Positions 31,956-42,580 are shown, counted from the stretch's first letter. The stretch: DNA of 64,000 nucleotides from an uncultured Chloroflexia bacterium (GCA_963802165.1 CAWDHT010000010.1:1888-65887), one strand, 5' to 3'. Notes: generated by a model from the letters alone, not told the origin. Numbers and translations are program-made.

Positions 31956-33131
31956 ATGACGGACATGTCGTCCGAGTCCGCGCCAACGGACGGCTCATCG
32001 GTGCTGGCCCAGGCGTACATCCAGCTCACGGAGGCCGAGGCCACCCCGCTCGACGCCGCGGATGCCCTCGAGCGACGCGACCAGTACGGTCGCGTGCCGA
32101 TCGTGGTGCGAGTCCGCCGCCAGCCGCCGATCAACCCGATCTGGATCCTGCTCGCGATCGGCCTGGCCGCCTCCGGGCTGTTCCTGCCGCTGGCCGCGGC
32201 CCTGCGGGCGATGATCATCGTGGCGGCGGTCGTCGCCGTGATCGTCGGGATCATCTCGCGGCTGTTCATCCGCGTTCCGCCCGGTTCCGTCGGCCTCGTC
32301 GTCAAGTCCGGCCGGCACGACCGCGTCCTCACGTCCGGAAACCGGCGCGTCAGCCCCATCGTCGCCCTGTCCCACCTGGTGACGACGCGCGAGATCGCCT
32401 TCGACGTCCCGGTCAGCGAGGTTCGCTCGGCGGACGGCGTCGGCGTGGCGGTGGACGTGCTCCTCACGCTGCGGATCGCGGACCCGGTCAAGTTCGCCTA
32501 CGCGATCACGCCCGGCGACGCCGACCAGTTCGTGCAGGCGGCGTGCCAGGACGCGGTCCGGACGCTGGTTCGCGGCATCGAGGCCATGTCCACGCTCGAT
32601 CTCAACTCGACGCAGTCGGACTCGCTGCGGCAGGTCATCGACCCCAGGCTCGACGCCTACGGGATCGACGTCAGCAACGTCGCGTTCACGCGCGTCACCC
32701 TGCCGTTCGGCACTCACCGACTCGCTCGAGGCGCGTCGGCTGGCGTCGCTCCAGCTCGCCGAGCAGGCCGAGACCTCGCTCCTCGACAAGCGTCGCCTCG
32801 CCGACCAGGCCGCACTCGTCTCCCAGGAGGCCCAATCGCGGCGATCTGCCGTGGAGTACGAGGCCGCGGCCGAGGCCCTCCGGCTGGCGATGCTCGAGGA
32901 GCGGATCGCGGCCAACCCGAACGCCGCGCGTTACGACCTGGAGGTCTCCCGGATCCGCGTCGCCGAGCAGCTCGCCGGCAACAGCCGGGCCGTGGTGTCG
33001 CTGGGGGCGACGGACCTCATGTCCAGCCTGCTGACGGCGCGCGAGGCCGTGGTCGCGAACGCCGCTGCCGATGCAGCCGATGTGGCGGAATGGCCGCCAA
33101 GACGACCGGCGCCGAAGTCAGGCCGGCCTGA
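31956..33131 (+). CDS. SPFH/band-7 (stomatin/HflK-like) membrane protein with at least two apparent frameshifts
   Basis: TM segment then an SPFH core (…VKSGRHDRVLTSGNRRVSPIVALSHLVTTREIAFDVPVSEV…VLLTLRIADPVKFAY…). The coiled-coil tail continues in a second frame from ~32705 (…EARRLASLQLAEQAE…) and probably returns to the first frame near 33090 to stop at 33131. Confidence 0.6.
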   Translation: MTDMSSESAPTDGSSVLAQAYIQLTEAEATPLDAADALERRDQYGRVPIVVRVRRQPPINPIWILLAIGLAASGLFLPLAAALRAMIIVAAVVAVIVGIISRLFIRVPPGSVGLVVKSGRHDRVLTSGNRRVSPIVALSHLVTTREIAFDVPVSEVRSADGVGVAVDVLLTLRIADPVKFAYAITPGDADQFVQAACQDAVRTLVRGIEAMSTLDLNSTQSDSLRQVIDPRLDAYGIDVSNVAFTRVTLPFGTHRLARGASAGVAPARRAGRDLAPRQASPRRPGRTRLPGGPIAAICRGVRGRGRGPPAGDARGADRGQPERRALRPGGLPDPRRRAARRQQPGRGVAGGDGPHVQPADGARGRGRERRCRCSRCGGMAAKTTGAEVRPA

Positions 33132-33139
33132 GCGATCCG

Positions 33140-34365
33140 ATGACCGACGGGCCGAAGCCGGGCGAGTCGAGCGCGATGCCCGAGTCCCGGCGCGCCTCCG
33201 ACCCGGGCACCCCTGGGGCAGGCCCAGCGCCCGTTGTCGTCCCGGGCGCCGGCGACTCGGGCGGAGGCTCGGGTTCGCGGGACCCGCATCCGGGCTCGCC
33301 CCTGTTCGGGCCGCTGGTCCCGCTCGCCGCCATCGTCCTCGTGCTCGTCGGTGCGCTCGCGCTGCGCGAGGTCGCGACCATCCTCGTGCCTGTGGTGTTC
33401 GGCCTGTTCCTCGCGCTCGTCGCCTGGCCCATCGTCGGCATCCTGGAGCGGCGCGGTGCCCGCCACGCCATCGCCCTCACCGCCGCGCTGATGGTCGTCC
33501 TCGCGATCGTGCTGGTCGCGGCGGGATCCTCGCGCTGTCCGTCGCGGAGCTCGTGCTCCAGGTGCCCAAGTACGAGGGACGCCTGCGCGAGCAGATCCAG
33601 CTGCTGCAGGACCTCCTCGCGCAGTTCGGCGTCACGACAGACCCGGGTGCCCTCCTGGCGCTCATCAAGCCGGAGCAGATCGTGTCGATCGTCCGGCCGG
33701 TGGCGTCTGCCCTGTCGGGGGTCGGTCTCACGGTCTTCGTGCTCACGTTCACGATGATCTACGCCCTGTTCGGGGCCTCGTCGCTCCAGGCGCGCGCCCA
33801 GCAGGCGTTTGGCGAGCGGCACGCACTGCTCGTGGGCATCGAGCAGTTCGGCGTGGATCTCCGCCGTTACCTGCTGGTGCGGGCGCAGCTCGGCGTCTTC
33901 GCGGCGGTCCTCGCGTTCGTCCTGCTCCTGGTCCTCGGTGTGCCGTTCGCGGCGCTGTGGGCGTTCCTGGTGTTCGCGGCCAGCTTCATCCCCAACATCG
34001 GCACCTTCATCGCCGTCATCCCGCCGACGGTCATGGCGTTCCTGTCCGGCGGCCTCGCCCCGGCGGTGGCGGTGATCGTGGGCTATACGCTCATCAACTT
34101 CGCCCAGGATCACTTCCTGCAGCCGGTGATGATGGGCTCTGAGCTCAACCTCAGCCCGCTGGTCGTGTTCATCTCCGTCCTGGTGTGGGCATGGATCCTC
34201 GGGGCCGCGGGCGCGCTGCTCGCCGTCCCGCTTACCGTCGGGCTTGTGGCGATCCTGGAGGCCTACCCGGCGTCGCGCGACATGGCGGCGCTTCTGCGCA
34301 ACACGATCGAACCGCCACCCGGCAGCACGCCGGACGACGACGCCTTCACCGCGCCGCCCGACTGA
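33140..34365 (+). CDS. AI-2E family transporter, copy 2, with one apparent frameshift near 33525
   Basis: The N-terminus (…LVPLAAIVLVLVGALALREVATILVPVVFGLFLALVAWPIVG…) is in the 33071 frame. The C-terminal two thirds (…FIPNIGTFIAVIPPTV…LSPLVVFISVLVWAWILGAAGALLAVPLT…) are in the 32851 frame, ending at 34365. Confidence 0.65.
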
Positions 34366-34409
34366 CCCGCGCATTCGCCGCAGGGCCGGGGGACGCGTGG
34401 TGCGGCGGT

Positions 34410-34925
34410 TCAGGCCTCCGCCGCGGCCTCGGTCTCGATCTCGTCAGCGGCAGCCGCGACCTCGGCCTCGACCTCCTCCGGAACCTCGTGCGTCTCGGGG
34501 GTCCCGCCCAGCTCGGCAAGCTTGGCCGCGACGTTGGCCGCCCGGTCGTCGGCGACGAGCACGCCCACGGCGGCCTTGCCACCGGTCAGCTCGGCGGCGA
34601 TTCGGTCGCTGTCAGCGGACTTGAGGCCAAGGCCCTTGCGGTGGATCGCACCGGCGATGCCGCCCAGGACCGGCAGGCCGATCACTCCGATCGGGCCGGT
34701 GGCAAACAGGATCGCCATCGCGGCGCCGACCCCGATGCCCTTGGGGATCGTGCGGCGGCCGAGCTTGCGCGTCTTGACCTGGCCGTCCTCGTCGAGCACG
34801 AGCACGCCGATCGCGTTGAGCTTGATGTCGTAGTACAGCTCGTCCCAGGCCTTGAGCTCCTCGACGGCAGCGTCGGCGGCGGCCTCGTCGGCGAAGAACG
34901 CGAGAACGACATGCTTCCTGGCCAT
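34410..34925 (-). CDS. Membrane-associated hypothetical protein (DUF1269-like glycine-zipper protein)
   Basis: 171 aa. MARKHVVLAFFADEAAADAAVEEL… followed by Gly-rich TM segments and an acidic tail. Confidence 0.45.
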   Translation of the reverse strand: MARKHVVLAFFADEAAADAAVEELKAWDELYYDIKLNAIGVLVLDEDGQVKTRKLGRRTIPKGIGVGAAMAILFATGPIGVIGLPVLGGIAGAIHRKGLGLKSADSDRIAAELTGGKAAVGVLVADDRAANVAAKLAELGGTPETHEVPEEVEAEVAAAADEIETEAAAEA

Positions 34926-35068
34926 GAAGGGAACCTCGGTAGGGGTTGGGAGTCACCGGACGTGCGCGAGGCGCACCGACGGCGAGTATCGCCCACCGGC
35001 GATCCGGGAGCATCATGGAGCCGAATGGTCGCCAGGAGGGCGCCCGCCCCCGACACCCAGGAGGTCCC

Positions 35069-35263
35069 ATGCGCCCGACCCGACTCGTCCTCGCCGCCGT
35101 GCTCGCCCTGGTGGGGATCATCTGGCTCGGCCAGGGTCTCGGGTTCATCGGCGGCAGCTTCATGACCGGCAGCCTCTTCTGGGCAGCGGTCGGTGCGGCC
35201 CTGCTGGCCCTGGCCGCGCTGGTCGTGGGCATCGAGCGCCGTCGCGCGAACCGGCCCCGCTGA
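35069..35263 (+). CDS. Small 2-TM membrane protein (64 aa)
   Basis: The ATG at 35069 is preceded by AGGAGG. Hydrophobic throughout. Confidence 0.5.
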   Translation: MRPTRLVLAAVLALVGIIWLGQGLGFIGGSFMTGSLFWAAVGAALLALAALVVGIERRRANRPR

Positions 35264-35308
35264 CCCAACCGCGCCGCACCCGACCAGTAGGCCCGACGGA
35301 GACTCGCC

Positions 35309-36544
35309 ATGGAACACGGCGCCCCTCTCATCGAGACCATCGCGATCGGCCTCGTCGCCGCGTTCATCGGCGGGCTCGTGGCAACGCGGCTGCGGCTCCC
35401 GACCATCGTGGGCTACCTCCTGGCCGGAGTCGCCGTGGGCCCGTTCACCCCGGGCCTGGTCGCCGACACGGAGACCGCCAAGCAGCTCGCCGAGCTGGGC
35501 GTGATCCTGCTCATGTTCGGAGTCGGCATCCACTTCTCGATCCCGGACCTGCTCGCGGTCCGGGGCACGGCAATCCCTGGGGCCATCGGTCAGATTCTCG
35601 TTGCGACGCTGCTCGGGGTGGGGCTGGGCGTCCTGCTGGGGTGGGGATTGGCCGGCGGCCTTGTGCTGGGCCTCTCCGTATCCGTGGCGAGCACCGTCGT
35701 CCTGCTGCGCGCGCTCGGCGAGCGGGGCGAGCTGGACACGCCACAGGGGCGCATCGCAGTGGGCTGGTTGATCCTGGAGGACCTGTTCACGGTCCTGGTG
35801 CTCGTCCTGCTGCCCACGCTCGCGCCGGTCCTCCTCGGCACCGGGGGCAGCCTGGCCGACATCGCGCTGGACCTGGGGCTCGCGGCCACGAAGCTCGCGC
35901 TGTTCGCCGGGCTGATGCTCGTCGGCGGGGTCCGGGTGGTGCCGCGGATCCTGGCGCATGTCGAGCGGACGGGCTCCCGCGAGCTGTTCACCCTCGCGGT
36001 GCTGGCCATCGCCATCGGCATCGCGGTCACCGCCTACGCCGTGTTCGGTGTCTCATTCGCCCTGGGTGCCTTCCTCGCCGGCGTGGTCCTCAACGAGTCC
36101 GAGACCAGCCACCGGGCCGCGGAGGACGCGCTCCCTCTGCGGGACGCGTTCGCCGTCCTGTTCTTCGTCTCGGTGGGCATGCTGTTCGACCCGGCGTTCC
36201 TCCTGGAACAGCCGCTCGCGGTGGTGCTGGTCGTGGTGCTGGTCATCGGGGCCAAGGCCGCGGCGGCGTTCCTGATCGTCGCTCTGCTGCGGCGGCCGGT
36301 CCGCGTTTCGCTGACCGTGGCGGCCGCGCTCTCCCAGGTGGGCGAGTTCTCGTTCATCCTCGCGACCCTCGGGCTGACGCTGGGCCTGATCCCGTCGGAC
36401 GCGTTCCAGCTGGTCGTGGCGGCTGCCATCGTGTCGATCACGCTCAACCCGTTCCTGTTCCGGCTGGTCGAGCCCCTGGAGAGCCGGATCCGGGCGCGTC
36501 CCGCGCTGCTGCGGCTGGTCCAGGGCGCCGCGGCCGAGGGTTGA
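35309..36544 (+). CDS. Cation:proton antiporter (CPA2 family, KefB/YbaL-like membrane domain)
   Basis: 411 aa, 12-13 TMs, with a typical N-terminus (…IAIGLVAAFIGGLVATRLRLPTIVGYLLAGVAVGP…). Intact. Confidence 0.85.
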   Translation: MEHGAPLIETIAIGLVAAFIGGLVATRLRLPTIVGYLLAGVAVGPFTPGLVADTETAKQLAELGVILLMFGVGIHFSIPDLLAVRGTAIPGAIGQILVATLLGVGLGVLLGWGLAGGLVLGLSVSVASTVVLLRALGERGELDTPQGRIAVGWLILEDLFTVLVLVLLPTLAPVLLGTGGSLADIALDLGLAATKLALFAGLMLVGGVRVVPRILAHVERTGSRELFTLAVLAIAIGIAVTAYAVFGVSFALGAFLAGVVLNESETSHRAAEDALPLRDAFAVLFFVSVGMLFDPAFLLEQPLAVVLVVVLVIGAKAAAAFLIVALLRRPVRVSLTVAAALSQVGEFSFILATLGLTLGLIPSDAFQLVVAAAIVSITLNPFLFRLVEPLESRIRARPALLRLVQGAAAEG

Positions 36545-36617
36545 AGGCAGCGCACCGAGGTCGCGTCCCTGGAGGCCTCGCGCCCTCGCACGCGACCCGC
36601 GCTATGCTCGCCCGGCG

Positions 36618-37742
36618 ATGCCTCCCGTGATCGATCTCCGCTCCGACACCGTCACGCACCCCACCGAGGCCATGCGCCGCGCGATGGCCTCCGCCCGCGT
36701 CGGGGACGACGTCTTCGGCGACGACCCCACGGTCAACGAGCTGGAGGCCCGCGCCGCCGCGCTGCTGGGCAAGGAGGCCGGCCTGTTCGTGGCCAGCGGG
36801 ACGATGGGCAACCTCGTCTCGCTGATGGCCCACCTGCCGCGCGGCTACGAGGCCATCGCCGGCGAGATGACCCACACGGTGATGGACGAGGCGGGCGGCC
36901 ATGCCGTCGTCGTCGGCGCGACGATCCGCGCGCTCCGCGAGCGTGCCGACGGGACCCTCGACCCGGGCGAGATCGAGGGAGCGTTCCGGGACTCGACCGA
37001 CGTCCACGAGCCCATCACCGGCCTGGTCATCCTCGAGAACACGCACGCGCACTCGGGTGGTCAGCCGCTGCCGATCGCGTACCTGGAACGCGTCGCGGTC
37101 ATCGCGCACGATCGCGGTGTGCCCCTCCACGTCGACGGCGCCCGCTTCTTCAACGCGGCCATCGCGCTGGGCGTCGCCCCCGCCGCGCTCGCCGCACCCG
37201 CCGATACCGTGACCTTCTGCCTCTCGAAGGGACTGTCGGCGCCCATCGGCTCCGTCGTGGTCGGGCCAGCGCCGTTCATCGCCCGCGCCCGCCGCGCCCG
37301 CAAGCTCCTCGGCGGCGGCATGCGCCAGGTGGGCGTGCTGGCTGCCGCCGGTCTCGTGGCGCTGGACGACGGCCCGGACGGGACCGTCGCCCGCCTCGCC
37401 GAGGACCACGCCAACGCGCGCCGTCTCGCCGAGGGCCTGGCGGAGCTCACCGGCATCCGCTCCCCCGGCGGCATCGCCCAGCCGGGCGAGGACGGGCCGC
37501 TGGACCCGGCGCGCGCCGCGACCAACTTCGTCCTGTTCCGGGTCGCCCGCGACCGCACGGCCTTCCTCGCCGCCCTCGAGGCGAGAGGCGTGCTGATGGT
37601 GTCCTATCCCCACGGCCAGATCCGCGCCGTCACGCACCTCGGGGTGACGGCCGACGACGTCGACAGGGTGGTGGCCGCGGCCGCCGAGGCCCTGCGCGCA
37701 ACCGACCCGAGCCCAGCGGCGATGGTGGCCGGCACCGCCTGA
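36618..37742 (+). CDS. ltaE: Low-specificity L-threonine aldolase
   Basis: 374 aa. [12 protein letters not shown]…, a GTMGN motif and a PLP-lysine region (…[15 protein letters not shown]…). Confidence 0.85.
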   Translation: MPPVIDLRSDTVTHPTEAMRRAMASARVGDDVFGDDPTVNELEARAAALLGKEAGLFVASGTMGNLVSLMAHLPRGYEAIAGEMTHTVMDEAGGHAVVVGATIRALRERADGTLDPGEIEGAFRDSTDVHEPITGLVILENTHAHSGGQPLPIAYLERVAVIAHDRGVPLHVDGARFFNAAIALGVAPAALAAPADTVTFCLSKGLSAPIGSVVVGPAPFIARARRARKLLGGGMRQVGVLAAAGLVALDDGPDGTVARLAEDHANARRLAEGLAELTGIRSPGGIAQPGEDGPLDPARAATNFVLFRVARDRTAFLAALEARGVLMVSYPHGQIRAVTHLGVTADDVDRVVAAAAEALRATDPSPAAMVAGTA

Positions 37743-37797
37743 GGCGCCCAACGACCACACCGGGGCGCCGCCCAGACCCCGCGGCGCCGGAGGAACC

Positions 37798-39479
37798 ATG
37801 ACGACACTCCTCGGCGGCCAGGCATTCCCTCGACCGGCGGCAGCGCCCGACGCTGGACCGCTCGACGACTCGCCTCTACGACCTCGTCGAGACCCGCGTC
37901 CGACGCCTGTTCACCGACAACCCGATCATGGCCACCTACTTCGGGATCCACAGCGAGGACCACCGCCTGGGCGACGCCGGCCGGGATGCCGTCGAGCACG
38001 AGATCGTCTCGGACAAGGCCCACCTCGCCGCCGTCGAGGCGCTCGACCCGGCCGGGCTGTCCGCCGGCGCGCGGTTCGAACGCGACCTGGAGCTCCACAA
38101 CGTCCGCCTCGCGCTGTTCGACGCTGACGCGGTCCGCCGCTGGGAGCGACGCTCGCAGGCCGCCGGTGACATCGGTGACGCCGTGTTCGCGCTGTTCGCC
38201 CGTGGAGCCGCGCCCCTGGAGGAGCGGATCGAGCGCATCGCGGACCGACTCGAGGGCGTGCCGGCGTTCCTCGCGGGGGCTCACAGCCGGGCGGTCGGAC
38301 CCCAGGTGGGCCTGTGGCAGAAGGTGGAGCTGCGGTACGCCAAGGACCTGCCGGGCCTCTTCGCCGAGGTGCGGGAGGCCGCGGAGGAGGTCCTGGAACC
38401 CCGAGAGCTGACGCGGCTGGACCAGGCGATCCACGTCGCCCGAACGGCCCTCGACGGACCACATCGCGTGGGTGGACGGGACGCTGGCGACCGCGACCGA
38501 GGATTGGCCGCTGGGCCGCGAGCGCTACGACGAGCTGGTCCGGCTGCGCGCCTTCGGGGACCTGGACGCGGACACGATCCTGGAGATCGGCTGGGACCAG
38601 CTCCGTACGAACACCGAGGCGCGCCGTGCCGCCGCCCGCGAGCTGGACCCCGACGCGGACCTGCCGTCCGTCATCGAGCGCCTCAAGGCGGACCATCCGG
38701 CCACCTTCGAGGACGCCCTCGAGGGCTACAAGGACGCGATGCGCCGCTCGCGCGCCTACCTCATCGAGCACGACATCGTCACGATCCCGGACGACGAGGT
38801 CATCGACGTGATCGCCACGCCGGAGTACCTGCGCAGCGTCATGCCGTTCGCGGCCTACTTCTCGCCGGCCCGCTTCGACGCCGACCAGCGGGGCATCTAC
38901 GTCGTCACGCCGGCCGTCGACAACGACCCCAACGCGATGCTCGAGCACTACTACGCCTCGATCTCGAACACCAGCATCCACGAGGCGTACCCGGGCCACC
39001 ACCTCCAGCTCGCGGTGGCCGACAAGCACCCGAGCCTGACCCGGATGCTCACCGACGCCCCCGAGTTCGTCGAGGGCTGGGGCATGTACTCCGAGCAGAT
39101 GATGCGCGAGGAGGGCTTCGACGCCGGGCCTGCCTTCCGCACGGCGATGTACACAGATGCGATCTGGCGCTCCTGCCGGATCATCCTGGACGTGCGCATG
39201 CACCGCGGCGAGCTGACGCCCGAGGAGGCGACCGACTTCCTCGTGGAGCACACCTCGTTCGAGACGGCCAACGCCCGCTCCGAGGTCCGGCGCTACACCT
39301 ACACGCCGGGCTACCAGCTGTCCTACCTGCTGGGCAAGGTGCTGATCCTGGGCATGCGTGAGGACGAGAGGCGCCGCCGCGGCGCCGACTTCAGCCTCAA
39401 GGCCTTCCACGACACGCTGCTGCGCAACGGCTCCCTGCCGATCAGCTTCCACCGCCGCATCCTCCAGGGCGAGGGCTGA
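37798..39479 (+). CDS. DUF885-family protein with two apparent frameshifts
   Basis: HEAYPGHHLQ motif and …YTYTPGYQLSYLLG… at the C-terminus (38472..39479 frame). The middle is in the 37928 frame. The N-terminus (…LYDLVETRVRRLFTDNPIMATYFG…) shares the 37928 frame but is separated from the ATG at 37798 by an indel near 37830. The second junction is near 38465. Confidence 0.7.
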
Positions 39480-39485
39480 GGGCAG

Positions 39486-40187
39486 GTGGACGTCATCCCG
39501 GCGATCGACCTGCGGGGTGGGCGATCCCGCGTCGTGTACTGGCCCGGCGCCGCGGCCGGCACGGGCACCCCGACCGATCGCCCGGAGCGGATCGCGGAGC
39601 AGTTCGTGGGCATGGGCGCCCGGATCCTGCACCTCGTGGACTTCGACGGCGCCCAGCAGGCGCGCCCGGTCAACCTCGAGGCCGTCGGCGCCGTGGCGGC
39701 GCGGGTCGCCGTCCCGCTCCAGCTCGCGGGTGGGCTCGAGGAGGCGGACCACGTGCGGCTCGCCTTCGCGGCGGGAGCCACGCGGGTGGTCCTGTCCGTC
39801 GCCATCGCCGAGCGCCCCGACGCGCTCCGCGCGTGCCTGTCCGTGGCGGGCGACTGGCTCGCCGTCGGGCTGGACCCGCGGCCCGAACGGCTGGCCGCCT
39901 TCCCCTGGCAACGCACGACCCCGCCAACCCTCGATACCCTTGTGGAGGAGCTGGTCGCCGGCGGCGTGCGCCGCCTCGTGCTGAGCCACGGCGGCTCATC
40001 GCCGGACACCGGGCTCCTCGCTGCGCTCCGGCGCCGCCACGAGGTGGAGGTGCTGGTGGCCGGCGGCGTGACCGATCTCGACGCCGTGCGCCGGCTGCGC
40101 GACGCCGGCGTGACCGGCCTCATCCTCGGAGAGGCGCTCCTCTCCGGGTCCATCGACTTCCCCCGTGCCCTGGAGACAGCCGCATGA
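39486..40187 (+). CDS. HisA/HisF-family (βα)8-barrel protein outside any his operon
   Basis: MDVIPAIDLRGGRSRVV… N-terminus and Gly-rich phosphate-binding ends. 233 aa. Its stop overlaps the next ATG (ATGA). Confidence 0.7.
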   Translation: MDVIPAIDLRGGRSRVVYWPGAAAGTGTPTDRPERIAEQFVGMGARILHLVDFDGAQQARPVNLEAVGAVAARVAVPLQLAGGLEEADHVRLAFAAGATRVVLSVAIAERPDALRACLSVAGDWLAVGLDPRPERLAAFPWQRTTPPTLDTLVEELVAGGVRRLVLSHGGSSPDTGLLAALRRRHEVEVLVAGGVTDLDAVRRLRDAGVTGLILGEALLSGSIDFPRALETAA

Positions 40188-40907
40188 TCCGCCACCGAAT
40201 CCTCAAGGGGCTCCTCGCCGCGCTGGCCGTGCCCGTCCTGCTCGCCGCCTGCTCGTCCGGCGGCAGCTCGGCCCCCCTACCCACGATCCCCTCCCAGGGC
40301 CCGGCCACCCCGACGGCTGCGGCCAGCCACCCAGGCCCGACGTACCCGCCCGGGTGCCCCACGGAGCAGCCGGACGCGCTGGCTGCCGGTGAGACGCGGA
40401 CGGTCACGATCACGACCGACAAGGGCGACATCGAGCTTGAAGATCGACGGCCGACCTGTCGCCGATCGCGACCGGCAACTTCGTGACCCTCGCCGAGTGC
40501 GGCTACTACGACGGCGTGGTGTTCCACCGCCTCGTGCCCGGATTCGTCATCCAGGGCGGCGACGGCCAGTTCGGCCGCGTGCCCAGACGTGATCCCGGAG
40601 CTCGTCGGCTCGGGCGGCCCGCCCTACAACATCCAGGACGAGCCCGTCACCGCGAAGTACGGGCGCGGCACCGTCGCCATGGCGCGCTCCTGCGCAACCG
40701 AACTCCGTCGGCTCCCAGTTCTTCATCGTCCTCGACGACGCAGCCGAGCCGGCGCTCGCGAGCGCCAACACCTACCAGATCATCGGCGAGGTCACCGCCG
40801 GCATGGACGTCGTGGACGCCATCGCCGCCATGCCCAACAGCGGCCCGCCGAACAACGCCGCCGTCGATCCGCTGCCCATGACCAAGGTCACTGTCAGCAA
40901 CCCATAG
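40184..40907 (+). pseudogene. Cyclophilin-type peptidyl-prolyl isomerase lipoprotein, broken by at least four frameshifts
   Basis: Lipoprotein signal (MIRHRILKGLLAALAVPVLLAAC) then cyclophilin blocks spread over four frames: …TITTDKGDIEL | …[35 protein letters not shown]… | …[34 protein letters not shown] | …[40 protein letters not shown]…, ending in a TAG at 40905. Confidence 0.65.
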
Positions 40908-40939
40908 CCCGTCCCGGACCAATCAACGAGGAGATGCCC

Positions 40940-41428
40940 ATGACCCGCGCCGTCATCGTCACGGAAGCCGGCACCATCGAGGCCGACCTGTTCACCGAGG
41001 GCGCGCCGCTCGCGGCCGCCAACTTCATCAAGCTCGCGAACGCGGGCTTCTACGACGACGTGATCTTCCACCGCGTCATCCCCGGCTTCATGATCCAGGG
41101 CGGCGACGGCGAGTACGGCAAGAAGTCGTCGCTCAACGCGGGCCGCGTCGGGACCGGCGGGCCGGGCTACAAGTTCGCCGACGAGCCGTTCACCGGCACC
41201 TACCAGCGCGGCACACTGGCGATGGCGAATGCGGGCCCGAACACCAACGGCTCGCAGTTCTTCATCTGCCACGCGGCAGTCGGGCTGCCCAAGAGCTACA
41301 CGATCTTCGGCCAGGTCACCAAGGGCCTCGAGGTGGTCGACGCCATCGCGACGGCGCCGCGCAACTCGCGCGACCTGCCGGACGCGCCGGTTGCGATGAC
41401 GAGCGTCACGATCCTCGAGGACGCATAA
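40940..41428 (+). CDS. ppiB: Cyclophilin-type peptidyl-prolyl cis-trans isomerase (cytoplasmic)
   Basis: Intact 162 aa (…HRVIPGFMIQGGDGEYG…GTLAMANAGPNTNGSQFFI…). GAGGAG lies 7 nt upstream of the ATG. Confidence 0.9.
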   Translation: MTRAVIVTEAGTIEADLFTEGAPLAAANFIKLANAGFYDDVIFHRVIPGFMIQGGDGEYGKKSSLNAGRVGTGGPGYKFADEPFTGTYQRGTLAMANAGPNTNGSQFFICHAAVGLPKSYTIFGQVTKGLEVVDAIATAPRNSRDLPDAPVAMTSVTILEDA

Positions 41429-41654
41429 CCCGCTCGAACGTTAAGACATTTTCACCGAAGGGACGGATAAACCCCTTCCCTAATCCGCACTACGGCGCTA
41501 GGATATCGGTGCTGCCAGTCAGCCAAGGCTGCCCCAGCATCAGGATCATGGGTAGGTTGGGTTAGGGTAGTCGGTTCAGCCGACGAGATAGATGATCCTG
41601 GCGCGTGGCAGAAGGTCCGCCCGAAATGGTGGACACCTTCACCGGGACAGCAAC

Positions 41655-41680
41655 GAGGCGGTTCCTCCGGGAACCGCCTC
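41655..41680. terminator. 11-bp perfect stem hairpin (GAGGCGGTTCC-tccg-GGAACCGCCTC) in a 300-bp AT-richer convergent intergenic region
   Basis: Seen in the sequence between ppiB (+, ends 41428) and modB (-, ends 41738). Probably a bidirectional terminator. No U-tract is evident on the modB side. Confidence 0.4.
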
Positions 41681-41737
41681 GTACGTTTAAGGCGCGGCGA
41701 GCGAGGCGCGAGCGCCGCAACGCCCGTCGGATCCCCC

Positions 41738-42560
41738 TCAGGCAGGCGCCCGCACGTCCAGCACCCGGCCCCAGTGCAGGACCCGGACCGCCACCAGGAC
41801 GCCGAGCGCCGCCAGCACGAGGATCGCCGCCGCCGCGATCGAGGTCTCCAGGTTCCCCGCCTCGAACTCGGAGTAGACGACGAGCGGCATGGTCTGGGTC
41901 CGGCCGGCCACGTTGCCGGCGAACAGGATCGTGGCGCCGAACTCGCCCATCGCCCGCGCCCAGCTCATCACCAGCCCGGCAGCGAGCGCCCCACCGGCCA
42001 GCGGCACCGTGACCCGCCGGAACAGCTGCGGCTCGGAGGCGCCGTCCACGCGCGCGGCGTCCTCGAGGTCGTGGTCGACCCCCGCGATCCCGGCCCGCGC
42101 GGACCGGACGAAGAACGGCGCCGAGACGAAGACCTGGGCGAGGATGACGGCGAGAGCTGTGAACGCGATGTCCAGCCCGGCCGCGTCGAGCGCTCCGCCC
42201 AGCCAGCCGCGGCGCCCGAACACCAGCAGGAGCGCCAGGCCGGCGACGGACGGAGGCAGCACGATCGGCAGGTCCACGAGGGTCTCGACCAGCCACTTGC
42301 CGCGGAATTGGCGGCGCGCGAGCACGATCGCCAGCGGCAAGCCGAACACGACCGTGACCACGAGGCTGACCGACGTGGTGGCCAGGCTGAGCACCAGGGC
42401 GGGCAGCACCACCGACGAGCCGGCCACCGTCGGCAGCAGGCCACCGAGGATCGCCCGCGCGATGATCGCGAGGACCGGCAGGCCCAGGAACAGGGCGAAC
42501 AGGGTCGCCAGGGCGACAACCGAACGGGCCCCCCAGCGGCCGCCCCGCGTTGCGCCCAGG
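41738..42560 (-). CDS. modB: Molybdate ABC transporter permease; N-terminus ambiguous (possible frameshift)
   Basis: …FGATILFAGNVAGRTQTMPLVVY… is the ModB/CysT signature. The in-frame N-terminal extension (…LATLFALFLGLPVLAIIARAILGG…) reaches ~42560 with no clean start codon. Confidence 0.78.
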
Positions 42561-42580
42561 GCGGGTGAGCACGATGTCGC

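Noticed and set aside
41480-41560. G-run motif GGGTAGGTTGGGTTAGGGTAG considered as a G-quadruplex or telomere-like element
   Set aside because: It has only three full G3 runs and no fourth. The telomere-like TTAGGG is a single occurrence. Kept only as part of the spacer finding.
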